DNA from: Octopus sinensis
Taxonomy: Eukaryota
Direction of reading: 5' to 3'
Assembly: GCF_006345805.1 (NCBI RefSeq)
Contig: NC_043012.1
Coordinates: 15,376,001-15,440,000 of the forward strand
Length of the DNA stretch: 64,000 bases
Of this stretch, positions 24,484 through 38,197 are shown piece after piece (position 1 is the stretch's first letter; each line of letters starts with the position of its first letter). A program made the position numbers and the translations under genes. The notes beneath the pieces are model-generated. The model did not search any database. It saw nothing but the letters and a program-made list of their open reading frames with translations, and was not told the origin of the DNA.

Positions 24484-26990
24484 ATCAGAATTGAACAGCC
24501 GAAATTTGCTATGATGATTCGGTGTCTGACTGAAGATTGAAGGCTTCGAATGATTTGTCTGTGTTCCGTGTTCGTCCCTTCCTGTATTTCACGTTCATTA
24601 TATATAAAAACATCATTCTTATATTATTGCGGCGTTACTTGCACCCTCCCTTTTGTTTTGTCCAATTTTAAAACCCTGCACGACTTCTATACACTGTCTT
24701 TTCTACCCGCCATTGCTTCTTCACCAAACATTTTGGCGCCCTCCGATTCTTCCCCTCTCTTCCTCCCATCCTCCTCCCCTCTTTCCCATCCTCCTTAATC
24801 CCTTCTTTCTCCTTTTCTCTTGGTCACTGATTCTGTCCCCTGCCTTCCACCCTCTTTGATTCCCTCTCTCTCTGTTCTCTCTTTCCTCTCTCTCCTGCGA
24901 CCTGCTGCTTCTAAAACCATTTCTGTTTGCCTTCGTATCTCGACCAACATGTGTCCCCGCGGATCAGTTGTCTGTTCGTCAGTTTGAGTTCGGTCGTGTT
25001 TTTTTTACGCTCGTAAAATTCGGTAAAAAAGATCAAAAAGAATTGTTGTTGTTGTTGTGGAAATTTTTGAACGGCGTTAAAGCGGTTTCGCGTTCCACTG
25101 GTTCTGCGCGTTACAACTTTTTCTGTTTTGACGCCGTTTTGGCCTGTCAGGCGGGAGGAAGATGGATGACCACTCCATAGTGGAGGAGTCGGAGGAAGAA
25201 TGGATATTTGAGAGCTTGTCGGAGACATCGAACTCTGAAGACGACAAATCGGTGATGTAAAAAATGTGGAGAAAAAAAAAAAACAGAAACCGTACGCAGG
25301 AGTTGCAAAAAGAAGACGGAACAGGAAACAGAAATAAACCTAGAAAATTGCCAGGTTTCCAGAGGTATATGAGGAAGGACAGCGGCGAGGTGGAAACGGA
25401 ACCACCACCAAAGAGAAAGGAATGGTACAAATAAGAGGACCATAATTTACAGGTGTTTTCGTGAACGAAAGAAGAAAATAGAGATCGTAAACATGGAATG
25501 GATAGAGGAGGCCCTGAGAAGATCGGAGGAGGAAATCATTTTCCTGACTCGAGGATCGAAGTACGGTACTGTAGTGGTGCATTTTTAAAAGTGAGACTGC
25601 AGCGAGGAGGATGGCGGTGAAGGCGGTGAAGTCAGAAAGGGTAACCACTTTTACCTATGTACTTAATAAGGAACACACACGATAAGGGTGGAGGGAGTGC
25701 CACCAAACGTGGAGCTGAGTGGATTGTGGCGGCTGTGATCAGCGGCCACGAGGAGAAAGTAGATATTCTCCATGCCTCGGTCAAGACCGAGGGCTGGAGG
25801 GCGTAATAGTGGAGCTGAACGTGCAGGCGGAGAGCGAGGTACTGGTGGACCTGGCGGAGAGCATTAAATTGGGAGACGTGATTATGAGAGTGTGGGTGGA
25901 GGGCAGAGCTCCACGTTTTACAAAGTTACAATGTGGCCTGAGGGCCACATAAGAGCCTTCTGCCCTCCCCCACCAAGAGAAAAGGAATCGTTGAGGAAAC
26001 TCCAAAAGAGGAGCCCAAAAGAAAAGAAATTAAAGAGAAGCAGACGGAAAGGGAAATGACAGAGGAGGAGGAGATGCAAAAAGAGTGTGAGGAGGGCAGA
26101 AAGAAGAGAAAAGGAAAGAAAAGGAAAAACTGTGCGAAGCCCCCAACCCACCCCATACCACCCACCCTACTTTTTATTGTTGTGGGAAGGGGGATACTGA
26201 GAACGCAAGAAGGCTTTTTGAAGACGATGTATGGCAGGAGTATGAGGACGAAGCTATGCGGTATTCGATTTTGAACTCATGGGCTCTTTGATGAGCAAGT
26301 GCAAATATAACTACGTATAAATTGTATCAGCATTTATGAAGGATATATATGATAAGAGATATGAGAGAGAAATGAAAGGTGAGGTGAAAAACTTGGAATC
26401 GTGATAGGAAACGGAAAGGTAAGTGATGCTGGCGGAGGGGGCCGTTAGCATCGCTTCATGTTATCATTTTTCATTTTTAACATTCATTTAATCATAAATT
26501 TTAATCGCATTGTTTTATGTCCCCCATGTTTTGTAATGTTCCCTCTTCGTGGCCCCTAGTGTGTAATAAAGAAATAGACCAACATGTGTCCCCGCTACCG
26601 AAACGGTAATTATTTCTACGCCAGCTATGTTGTTGTTGTTGTTTTTGTCTCATTTGGTCTAAAGTCGTATGACAACCACCGTTATATATATTTTGTTTAT
26701 TCATTGTTTTCAATTTCGTTTTCGTCTCTGTATTCACATCCGTCTTGTGCGTTCACATTCCTGTCTTCTACCAAGAAATCTAATGCTTACAGCTTAGTTT
26801 TTTTTTTTTTTTTTTTTTTTTTTCTTGGGGCTGGCCGAGTTGGAGCAAATATCAGAATTGAACAGCCGAAATTTGCTATGATGATTCGGTGTCTGACTGA
26901 AGATTGAAGGCTTCGAATGATTTGTCTGTGTTCCGTGTTCGTCCCTTCCTGTATTTCACGTTCATTATATTAAAAACATTCATTTCTTAT
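24484..26990. mobile_element. (TA)n-embedded element with identical 120-bp direct repeats, hosting a nested retroelement
   Basis: 24484-24603 equals 26851-26970; TA tracts flank both ends. Confidence 0.7.
24961..26576 (+). mobile_element. ORF1-only (HAL1-like) non-autonomous retroelement, degenerate
   Basis: 19-bp TSD gaccaacatgtgtccccgc (24942-24960 and 26577-26595). Broken ORF with YGTVVVHF, VPP and a frameshifted C..CGLRGHIRAFC knuckle. Ends aataaagaaata; no RT or endonuclease. Confidence 0.75.
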
Positions 26991-27071
26991 ATTATAATAT
27001 ATATATATATTTAATAAAATAGAACATATGCATATATATAAACATATATGTACGTACCTACCTCTACATGT

Positions 27072-27137
<66 letters not shown>

Positions 27138-27157
27138 TCATAAAGTTTATATATATA

Positions 27158-27709
27158 TTTAAAAAATAGGATAAAATCTTAATAAGATACAATGTGTTTC
27201 TATTTGGTAGTTATGACTTTAAGAGTCCCTCCTAGCGTGTGGCATTTATGTGTAATAATGCCCTCTATACAATATAGATAAATATTTTCAAAGAAAAACA
27301 TTTATAGTTTTTTTCTCTTATGAGGTTTTTCACGCTAACTACCTGATAATTTCTTGTTAAGATTTCTTATTAAGATTTTATCCTATTTTTTAAATGCAAT
27401 TCAAAAGAGCCCGCCATTTACATAAATGTATGATGGGTAAACATTTCCATGTACTACGATGACGGCGACGGTTGTCCACCTGGTATGATGCTTTTGTTTA
27501 TTTATCATATATTTTAGATTCGCTTCACTGAAGAGCAAGGGACGCGTATAACGCGTTAATTGCGAAATCACAGGTGATATGGAGCTAAACTCTGTTTTTA
27601 AATGACTCGCTTTGAGAATTGCATTTGGTACAATTTGTTTATATTTGGTAGTTATGACTTTAAGAGTCCCTCCTAGCGTGTGGAATTTATGTGTAATAAT
27701 GCCCTCTAT

Positions 27710-27717
<8 letters not shown>
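27158..27717 (+). mobile_element. (TA)n-embedded non-coding element with direct and inverted terminal repeats (PLE pLTR-like)
   Basis: 76-bp direct repeat 27201-27276 / 27642-27717; 30-bp inverted repeat 27158-27187 / 27365-27394; partial HHR-like core at 27528-27567. Confidence 0.65.
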
Positions 27718-27802
<85 letters not shown>

Positions 27803-28004
27803 ATGTATAGTCGCCATGATAGATCGTTAGCCACTACACATTTTTTCTCTCCTTGTTTTCTCTGTGTCCCTTTCTGTAGAAGACCGTAGGCTCGAAACGA
27901 AAAAGACTTTTTCTATTCCTGAGCGTTATACGAATACATCTGTTTGTTTTGTACACCACCTGTCTTCGTCTTTCGTTTTTTCCGTAAACTCTCCCTATAT
28001 ATAT

Positions 28005-28042
<38 letters not shown>

Positions 28043-28419
28043 AAATATATATGTGGAAATTATATAAGTGTGTAGGTGTATATGTGCATATATACCTACA
28101 TACACACACGCGCACAAACACAAACTCACCTGCATACACACATCTGGTAGGCAACTGAGTTTCCTGACCAATGTTTTGTCTTTGATGTTCAGTTGCTATT
28201 CTAGCCAACGGCCAGATTTTACTCTACCATTAATGTTATTTCCAGTAGATTGTCTTAGGGAAACTTATAGAAGGGGTTGAGAGAGAGAGAGAGAGAGGAG
28301 AGGGAGAAAGAGAAAGAGAATGAGAGTGAGAGAGTTATTCATTTCACGCTTCTTCATATTATGTTTTTTCGTTTGTCAGCGTTCTCATCAAACTTCGTTA
28401 TTGTGCCTTTATACACTCT

Positions 28420-28815
28420 TTTACTTGTTTCAGTCATTTCACTGTGGCCATGCTGGAGCACTGCCTTTAGTCGAGCAAATCGACCCCAGGACTTATTCTT
28501 TGTAAGCGTAATACTTAATCTATCGGTCTCTTTTGCCGAACCGCTAAGTTACGGGGATGTAAACAGACCACCATCGGTTGTCAAGCGATGTTGGGGGGAC
28601 AAACAGAGACACACAAACACACACATACATATACATATACATACATTTGTACGACGGGCTTCTTTCAGTTTCCGTCTACCAAATCCACTCACCAGGCTTT
28701 GGTCGGCCCGAGGCTACAGTAGAAGACACTTGCCCAATGGTGCCACGCAGTGGGACTGAACCCAGAACCATGTGGTTCGTAAGCAAGCTACTTACCACAC
28801 GGCCACTCCTGCGCC
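28420..28815 (-). mobile_element. tRNA-derived SINE family A, full length
   Basis: Complete head, internal CA/TA tract and tail. Confidence 0.9.
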
Positions 28816-28999
28816 CATATGGCTGCAAAAATAAGCAATGGTTACCTGTTAAATCGCAGTCAGATTTCGTTTAGTTGTAGTGTCGATAGATCTGGTCTAA
28901 ATGACTTCACTCTTGATTTTAGTCACAAGTTTTCTTTTACACAACTTTTCATTTATTTCAGATAACCCATCAATTCCTCATCCCGTGATGGAGGTAACG

Positions 29000-29660
29000 G
29001 TGCTCACAGAGGAATACGTGATATCATTAATACCGGAGAAGTTTGTGACCTTGTGATTGGAGTGTTGCAACAGCACCGAGCGGTGAGTTGAGTTTTTGAC
29101 TAAAACAACTTCGTCTCATGTTGTTCTGTGAGCTCTTGACATTTAGCATGGCCGTGTATCTGTACATGCAATGTCGATTTGATGGAAGGTCAATGACTAA
29201 TGTACAGTAAAAACATCTGACTGCTATAAACAAATCATCTGTGCAGGTCGGTCAACAAAAGTTGCAGAACTCTCATTTGTCGTCTACGACAACAGAGCCC
29301 ACCAAATACTGAAGAGAGCAAGAAGTTTCGGTAACAGGTTTTTATATCCTTTCCTCTATGTTTGTTACACAATGGTGAGGTTGCTTCTTCTTGAATTTGG
29401 TGTTTTGGTTACGATTATTTTACTTTGGCAGCTCGCTTCTGGTTGTTGTTGGTGTCTCTTGAAGCAGATGTCCTATAAAATGACTCTAAGAACTTTAAAT
29501 GAAGCATTTTGGTTGCGTACACTTCATGACTTATAAGAAATGTGTCAGCTATGATTTTAGATATCTTAGATGTCTCAGGTGACATCAATACCTGGAATCC
29601 TAGAACCATTTCAAGTCTTACTTTCAAAAACCGGCCCTCTATGACTTTCCAACTTATATT
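29000..29660 (-). mobile_element. Degenerate Tc1-like transposase remnant
   Basis: Minus strand gives an N-terminal HTH-like ISKISKII... segment and TNESSAT (compare FTDESRAT, first catalytic D region); heavily decayed. Confidence 0.4.
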
Positions 29661-32600
29661 TCAAGATAATCACGAGTAAGATATATTTATTGCAGATGAA
29701 TAAAAATATTTATTTATATGTAATGTTGCTTAGCCTCACATTAACCTTGACTGAGAAGCCTTTTATCAAAAACATTTCACACAAGATATCCCAAGATTTC
29801 AGATGCTTTAAAATCGTTCTTTTATTGGTTTGGCGGACGGAACTACACCATTTTATGTGGCTTTCTTTGTTTAAAGTGATAAAAATTGACTTCGGGCAAA
29901 TTTGGCTGCTATTTCTAGTAGAGAAAGCAACCAACCAAATAGAAACACCTCTCTAATTCGACTTACTGATGACTCAGACACAAAAAATTGATATCTGATC
30001 TTGTTGTCTACTTCAAGTTATGTAGGTCTCTATTTATAGCAATTAAGGACATAAACAACGAAAAAAAAACAGTAAAAGCAACAAGCAAAATATGAAGTCA
30101 ATGTATTAAACATAATGGGAGAAGAGAAATATTCAGGCAATAATTGTTTGTCAAAATAGAAAGCTGGAGAAGACAAAGAGTTGTCAAAGAGGAAAGAATA
30201 AATACTTCTTTCAGAGTTGTTACATCCTGGAATGGTAAACAGGAAGCGGTTGAGATGAAAAGTGAATATTTCAAAGAATAATTAAGATTAATTAAGCGTG
30301 AGAAGCAAACATGGTAGAAGGTAGAGTGGTGAAACGAAGTATATGTTTGTGTGTGTAGGTTTGTGTGGACACAGAAGTGCATGTGTTAGCATTATAAGTG
30401 GGATAATGAATTCTTGGGTGTATATATGTGTTTATGTGGGAGAGGGATGTACATTGAAGTAAATGAAATAGTTTATGTATGAAGTATGCGTAAGCGTACG
30501 AGTGAGGGAGAGAGAGAAAGAGGAAGAGAGAGAGAGAGAGTAATGGAGAAGAGTGAGAGAGAGGCGGGGAGCGGAAATTGAGTCGAGTGTGTGAGCAAAG
30601 CTGTACACGAGTGTATGTGCAGAAGTTAGTGGGTGGTGATTGCGAAGAGCCTTTTTTTTTCGTAACCTGGTGTGGATGTATTATGTAAAGTTGGAGCAGC
30701 ATGAGTTTATCGGCAAAAAAAGGCGAGTGGATGGGTGTGTATTTGCGTGCAGTAAATCTATGAGTTCAACATGAATAATGAAGTTCACTGTGTGTGTGCG
30801 TGCGCGCATGCGCATGTATGTGCAAGCGTAAAGCGTAAAATATGGTGTTTTAGAAGTCAGTAGTTTGTTAAGAATGACAGAGACAGTTGTGGTTAGGTAG
30901 AAGATAAGTTATTATTCACAAAGAAACTGAGAAACGGAGGTACAACAGAGCAGTATAATTCCCAAAATAGCGAAAATGCAGATAGAAATGTTTTGAAGAA
31001 TTGAAGTGAGGTCACATACCTTGACTGGTTCGCTGTTGCTGCATTGGAGATTCCGCAAACATTTTATAACATGATTAGTCAAAGAGTGGCCAGTATTAGC
31101 CAATATTCAGTAAACCCTACAGTAGGTTTATTCAATGTAAATTTTTGAGGTGCAAACGAAGTGAATCATAATATGGAAAAGTGACTCAGGTACGAATTAA
31201 GTTGCAGAATTGTCGACATAGTAACATGTATTAAAACAAGAGTAAGAGCGGGCAAATGACCCAGGTTGGGTTTGTGAGTAGTAAAAAGGAAATGTGGACT
31301 ATAAATCCATCATCTAGATTGCAGTTGTGTGAGGATGACAGAAAAGGATGTTGGAGAAGTGGTTGGTATATTTACATAGGACTAAACAAGTTTTTAGCAT
31401 TGCTGAATTAATGTCATCGACTGAGAGGAATCTGTGACATTTGAGCGTTTCTGTTTGCATTCAAAATCTTGTTGCCGCGCTCAACTTCTTATGGGTTTCG
31501 CTCTACTTTTGCAGGCGAAACGTTCTACATGTACGTTCGAGTTCGGGGATAGCAAATAATTAAGAACAATAGTTGCACTGCTTTGCATGAGTTAAAAATC
31601 CAGGTCAACCAAGTTGGCTAGTTTTATTTTTAAGCCTGGATGAAGCAAAGTTACTTCATTTACGTCACTTAGACTCTCAAAGAACAGATAAAAGACACAT
31701 TCTTTTACTTTACGTTTTTCTTTAAAATCTGAAGCTAATTGAAGAAATAAATATTTGGAATCTGAAATATAAACTTAAATGAATTAGGTGGAATTTTTTC
31801 CATTCTTTTTACCTTTTAGCTGTTTCATTTTCTTTGCAGGTTTTTGGATGAAAGTAAGAATAAAGTTTACGAAAGGAAACGAAAACAAAACAACAAATAA
31901 AAAGGTGTAAATAATTAAAACAACGAATACCTTATATCTGACGACAGTAGTGGTAGTAGTAGTAGTAGAAGTAGCAGTAGTAGCAGAAGTAGCAGTAGTA
32001 GTAGTAGCAGAAGTAGTGGTAGAAGTAGTAGTAGCAGCAGTAGTAGTAGCAGTAGTAGTATGAATGGATGGATGATTGAATGGTATAATGTATGAACTGG
32101 ATTGCTTTTAGAGTCTAACTGTACAAATGGTGAACTCATAAAGATATATCAAGTAAAATCAATTTTATCTCTTGTCAAACGAGTCAAACGGCAAAGTGAA
32201 ATCATTCGATAAAATCTACATTCTTTGAAGAAGGAAAAAAAATTATGCTTCTAATATCAAAAGATTAGAGTGCGGTGAAACAACAGCAACAACAATAACG
32301 ACAACAGCAACAACGGGCATTGGGAGTGTTTATTGAGCAAAAACTCCTAAGCTCCAGGAGTGGTGGTGAACCCCGCTGTACTCTTTCACCACAACTTTCT
32401 CTCACTCTTTTTTCCCCTACTTCTGCCACAAAGCAGAGGAACTAAGGTGTGGTAAACTTTCAGACCCTAGTCTAGATTGTCTGTACCCCAGGATAGTTCA
32501 GCTCTCCACCCGTTAAAAGCCACCGTTTATGGAATGAGGATAACAACGTAGCTTTCGCGCCCGTGCAACCGCCATTCTATCGCATGTGGTGGGTGGATCT

Positions 32601-32759
32601 TCAAGTTGCCACACGCACTCTTAGTAGCTTAGAGTAGGCTCGAATTAGAGATTATTCTTTGTGGCCAATGGCCTGAGTCCTGATTGGAAGAAGAAGGCAG
32701 CAGCAACAATGATTTGAAACCATCATCATCACCACACCACCACCACCACCACCACCACC

Positions 32760-32793
<34 letters not shown>

Positions 32794-32799
32794 TCATCA

Positions 32800-32835
<36 letters not shown>

Positions 32836-33043
32836 CGGCGAGCTGGTAGAATCGTTAGCACGTCGGGAAAAATGCTTAGCAGCATTTCGTCCGTCTTTAC
32901 GTTCCGAGTTCAAATTCCGTCGAGGTCGACTTTGCCTTTCATCCTTTTCGGGTCGATAAAATAAGTACCAGCTGAGCCCTGGGGTCAATGTAATCGACCC
33001 CCCCTCCTCTCAAAAACTGCTGACCCTCTGCCAATATTTGAAA

Positions 33044-33081
<38 letters not shown>

Positions 33082-33165
33082 GTTGTTGTTGTTGTTGTTG
33101 TTGTTATTATTATTATTGTTATTATTATTATCATCATTATTTTCTATTATCATTATTATTGAACC

Positions 33166-33593
33166 ATGGAACTACGTCTTAGATACCTGATATTAATGGT
33201 TGTTTTGGTGGTAATAGTAAATATATTAGCGACTGTAAAGATATTCCAAAGTAATAAGCTATATTCACAGCTCAGTCTCTTCCACAAATATCAACATTCA
33301 CAACTATGGAATACCACATCATCAAAACAAAAATTAGAATTCCCAAATAAAGAGAACATTACCAGTAACTCTAGTAAAAAATTAAGTCTTAAAACAGACA
33401 ATTCTGGAAACCCGCTTATCTATAATTATGGTAAAAATAACTTGAGTTTGAAAGGTGAGAACGGAAGTGGGGTGATTTTAAAACCAAAAGAGGAAGAAAA
33501 GGCGAAAATTCTGAGTGAAGAATACAACGTCAACGTATATATAAGTGATCTGATACCGTTAAACCGGATGGTGCCTGATTCAAGACCTGTCGG
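33166..33593 (+). CDS. GALNT: Polypeptide N-acetylgalactosaminyltransferase, coding exon 1 (TM anchor and stem)
   Basis: aaccATGG start; hydrophobic LILMVVLVVIVNILATV; GENG...YNVNVYISDLIPLNRMVPDSRP; donor gg|gtaagt, phase 2. Confidence 0.92.
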
Positions 33594-34839
33594 GTAAGTA
33601 CTAAAATTCTATAATTATTAACTTCTTTGGCGTTCAGTGGATCATCATGTTTGTGTACCAATGAGATTTTGGCTTGTTGAAGTCTATGCTTATGGAACAA
33701 GTCGACATGATGTAACTTACCTTCATGTAACGTTATACTTGTAGTTGAAGTAATTACAGAGAACCGTAGTTTGCATGAAAAATAATGGTCAAGTTAGTTT
33801 CATTACACGTAATGAGTGTGGAAAAATTTAATTAATCAATATTATTTTTGTAGTTAGTAGGAAAAGAAAACATTATTTCATTAACTAATATTATTTTAAT
33901 TTGACAGAAGATAACTCAATAAAATAATTGTCAATGGCTACTCGTGTAATTTATCGTATATCAATGTAATGATTTTCTTATCAGTGATTTGAGAAATATG
34001 GAGAAGGCAATAAATTGCTGAGGAGGTTTAATAAGATTGAAACATGCCTCCCATGTTTGCCAAGTTGAATTAGAACAATATTGTTCATTGCACTAAAGTA
34101 AAATTTCGATCCTTTTTTTAATCCATGGCATTTGTTTATGATACTAAGGATGATTTTCATCTTTTCTTCATACTGCAACAGTGGATTTTCAGCTCAACAC
34201 TACAAGCTAAAACATAATTCTCAATAGTAACTATTCACAGTTAAGTATCTTCTGTGTGAAAAGTCTGGCTGCATACACGTTAGCATATGTCAGGTGCATA
34301 CAATTGACAACACAGTTAATTAAGATTTATTCAGTGAGTTCTATTCAACACATGTTTACACGTGGAATTAGCAGAATCATTATTAACTTTAGATGAAGGC
34401 ATTTTCAAAGTTTTGGCCGATAAAGTTGAACTGAAAAACCCTACAACGAGGCATGAATTGCACGAAGAGCTATCTTGGGAAGAGCTATCTGAGCGGAAAA
34501 TTCGTGGATGTATTCAACATCAAACTCGTGTCCGGCGTTAAATAGTTGACTGTCGTGGTGGTAACAGATTCGTCTAATAAATTTTGTGTTTATTTTTATT
34601 TCATAATATATATTTTTTTCGGATGCAGCCAGACTTTTCACACATTAAACGCGATAGTGTTAAATGCCTTTGTTTTGACCAAAACTCAGCAACAGTGATT
34701 GAATATAGTATAAAGAGATGACTCTTCAGTCGACATTCCAGCCTTTCTTCTAGCAGTTATTTGGTGACTGTTATACTAGTATATTAAGTACTTGTCCCTG
34801 TTTCAATTCATATAACTTTTTGTTACTCTTTGCTATCAG

Positions 34840-35009
34840 ATGCAAAAATCAAACATTTGATGAAAGTTACATGCCACAAGCTGCCGCCATTGTCACAGTG
34901 TACAACGAGTGGCCTAGTATTCTCCTAAGAACCATTTACAGCATTATAAATAGAACACCGCGTAATTTACTGAAGGAAATCATTATAGTTGACGACAATA
35001 GTGATTTGG
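34840..35009 (+). CDS. GALNT: GALNT exon 2
   Basis: ag|a TGC...; C...YNEWPSILLRTIYSIINRTPRNLLKEIIIVDDNS; donor g|gtaagt. Confidence 0.95.
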
Positions 35010-35719
35010 GTAAGTACACTACATCGTTTTTACTTTCTTTCTCTTATATTTTTCTTGTTTTTCTTATGAATTTTTCATAGAGTCTTCTTGATAAATTTTC
35101 TCTGGATTTCAGTCTTTCCACTTCTCCAAGCTATTGATGTATGACTGGAAGTTGAAGAAATCAGGCATAAGTGTTAGTGAAACAGCTCAACTAGTATCGA
35201 ACTCATATAAGTACTGACTCGCAGTAGATTTATTACGACTTTATGGTTTCTATTCAGGAAAGTGGTGTGAGTGCGCGTGTGCGCGTCTGTATGTGTATGT
35301 GGAGAGAAAGAGAAAGGAAAAGAGATGAGAGAGAGAGAGAGAGAGATATGAGAGAGATGAAAGAGAGAGAAAGAGAGGGAGGAGACAGGGGTAAATTTGT
35401 GCCAAGCTATTTTCTATTTTTAATTATTTGATTAGATCAAATTATTGCTGTCTCTGGAATTTTGAACTATTTTCCATTTCAGAAAAATTCCATCGTGGAA
35501 CACGATTTTTGTCCTCGGTAACAACAGTCGTTTTCTATTTGCATACCCCTAGAAAGTGTAAAAAGCACATAGCTATGATGCTCTCAACACATAGCGATGA
35601 TGCTCCCCTACTACTCATGCACATAATCAGAGATGCACATATTGTCAGTCACTCAGGGACATACTCAAGTGGTTAAGGTCAAACAACTGACAAGCGAATC
35701 TGTGGTATTCTTTCTTTTT

Positions 35720-36105
35720 TTTCTCTTACTTGTTTCAGTCATTTGACTGCGGCCATGCTGGAGCACCGCCTTTAATTGAGCAAATCGACCCCAGGACTTA
35801 TTCTTTGTAAGCCTAGTAATTATTCTATCTGTTTCTTTTTGCCGAACCGCTTAGTTACGGGGACGTAAACACACCAGCATCTGTTGTCAAGCAATGTTGG
35901 GGGGGACAAACACACACACACACACACACACGCACATACATATACGACGGGCTTCTTTCAGTTTCCGTCTACCAAATCCACTCACAAGGCTTTGGTCGGC
36001 CTGAGGCTATAGCAGAAGACACTAGCCCAAGGTGCCACGCAGTGGGACTGAACACAGAACCATGTGGTTGGTAAGCAAACCACTAACCACACAGCCACTC
36101 CTAAG
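35720..36105 (-). mobile_element. tRNA-derived SINE family A, full length (GALNT intron 2)
   Basis: Matches 28420-28815. Confidence 0.9.
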
Positions 36106-37442
36106 TTTATATATATATAATTAAATTATTTTCTCTCCTTGTTTCTTTCTGTGGAAGAGCGTAGGCTGGAAACGTTAAAGACTTTTTCACTTCCCGAGCG
36201 TTATACTAATACATCTGTTTGTTGTCTACACCACCTGTCTTCGTCTGTTGTTTTCGTTTGCGAATTCTCCCTATATATATATATATGTATGTATTGTATG
36301 TGTATGTATGTACGTATGTTTGTATTTATATATGTAAGTATGTACCTATCTATATACATTATGTATTTATATTTGTCCCATGCAGTGCTGTTGTACAAAA
36401 GGGTGAATTGCTTGAAGCGATCACAAGTAAGCAATTAGATTGGTATCATTTTAATTTTCATGACTAATTATATATTTAATTAGGTGGCTTTTACTAGGCC
36501 TGATTGTCACCAATAAATAAATTTTACTGTTAGTCCACAACACATCCTTGTATCTACTCTTGCTTGTTGGCTTATAGGTCAACACGAAACACAAGGTTGT
36601 CAAGGTAACGCCTTGTTCTCACATTGTTGTATGGAAAGCAGAAAAAAATATGGCGTCCTCACATTCAGGTGTGCATATTTTAACAGTAATTAGCATTATG
36701 AATATGGAGCACATCAAATCTTTGCTTGGAATATATCTCAACATTTTACTTGTTACCCCCGCCCCCTTCATTCATTTTATCAACCATTGCAATATAATAA
36801 TGGCGTACATTTTCCTTTCCTGTAAAAATTAACAAAAACATTCCCCTCACTCATATATTTTAAGGGATTCAACATTTCTCTTACGTCTTTTAAGAAAACG
36901 AAGTAACTAGTCTTCCTCTCCATTTTTCTCCTTCATCCAAGATTTGAGTATATACGGCCAATATCGACACATATATTCAAATGCTTCTGTATGTGTTGGT
37001 TGGACACAAATTTCCACTAAACCTTCTCGCCAACTTGCAACTAACGCCTCACATCATACTTGAGCTCGCCTGATGCACTAATAACTTCAGTATAACATGT
37101 GAAGAGTACACAACTCATAACGAAACGGATAATCTATTTCCTGCCCCATTTTGACTACAGTTTGCTAAACAATAAAAACAATAAAAACACAAAATCATTT
37201 GCTCTTGAATATGGTATTACTGAATATTTCTAAGAAGCACAAATTTTACTAAAAGGTGTATAAAATATAGAAAGCTTTTCGTATATTAAAAAAAAATTCT
37301 GTACCAACTTGATATCAATTTGAAAGTAGTATAAACGGTTCTCTTAAAGAGGCAGCTAAGTCCTCACCAGGTTCTTTATTTCTGTAAAACAAAAAGAGGT
37401 TTTTAAACTTAACCCTTATTCAACCTAACTATACTTTCCCCG

Positions 37443-37870
37443 GATCTTTTCGGTTTGAACGGCAGTTTTTTTCTAGCAGTGTCATATGAAATTGTCACCC
37501 ATAATTATGACCCTAGTATCGATCTATTGCGTTTCAATCTGTTTTAGGGTTAGGGTTATTTAGGGTTAGGTGTGGGGGGAAGGGTATCTTTTTTTCTTCA
37601 CAAATGTAAATAAACCCAATCCGTTTCTTAAACGATGGACATACTCATACGGCACAGAATGTTGCTTACCTCAATGGACGTCATTGATTGGTTGAAATTG
37701 CAGAAATTGAAGAAAAAAACAACAACAAATATCTTAGAAACTATAGAATTTTCTCAATAAAGCCAAGAGAAAAAGATGTTTTATAAATACATTCTACCAG
37801 TATACGAAGTTTAAAATTTTTTAGTTACCTAGAAATTATGTTAAAAACTGCCGTTCAAACCGAAAAGTCC
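37443..37870. mobile_element. MITE with about 26-bp TIRs and an internal TTAGGG-like tract
   Basis: cttttcggtttgaacggcagttttt at 37446 is inverted at about 37843-37867; ttttagggttagggttatttagggttagg at about 37542-37570. Confidence 0.8.
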
Positions 37871-38197
37871 CTTCCCCTACTATATATATATATATATATA
37901 TATGGTTGATTCTAGTTTCAGCTCACGAGCTGTGGCCATGCTGGGGCACCGCCATATATATATATATATATATATAAAGACGGTAGATTTTCAGAATCAA
38001 AATATCTTGCTGCATTTGGTGCATCCATTGGTGCTTTGAATTCAAATCCCAGGTCGCTCGACTTTGCTTTTCAATACTGGTTAAATATTGAGGGCTGTTA
38101 GAATAGACACATTCCAATAACAAGTAAATAGAAAAGGGTGAATTTTTTTGCGTTGAATCTGCTTTCTTTGAAATATTTGTGCATTTATAATTTGCAG

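Noticed and set aside
29308-29335. About 25-nt similarity to the array HHR 5' part (ctgaagagagcaagaagtttcggtaa)
   Set aside because: No GAAA, stem III or stem I follows, and it lies within a Tc1-like remnant; treated as chance.
31840-31854. Possible 5' UTR micro-exon of GALNT (ttttctttgcag...gtaaga)
   Set aside because: Splice-like signals only, and no acceptor was found in front of the ATG exon; needs transcript data.
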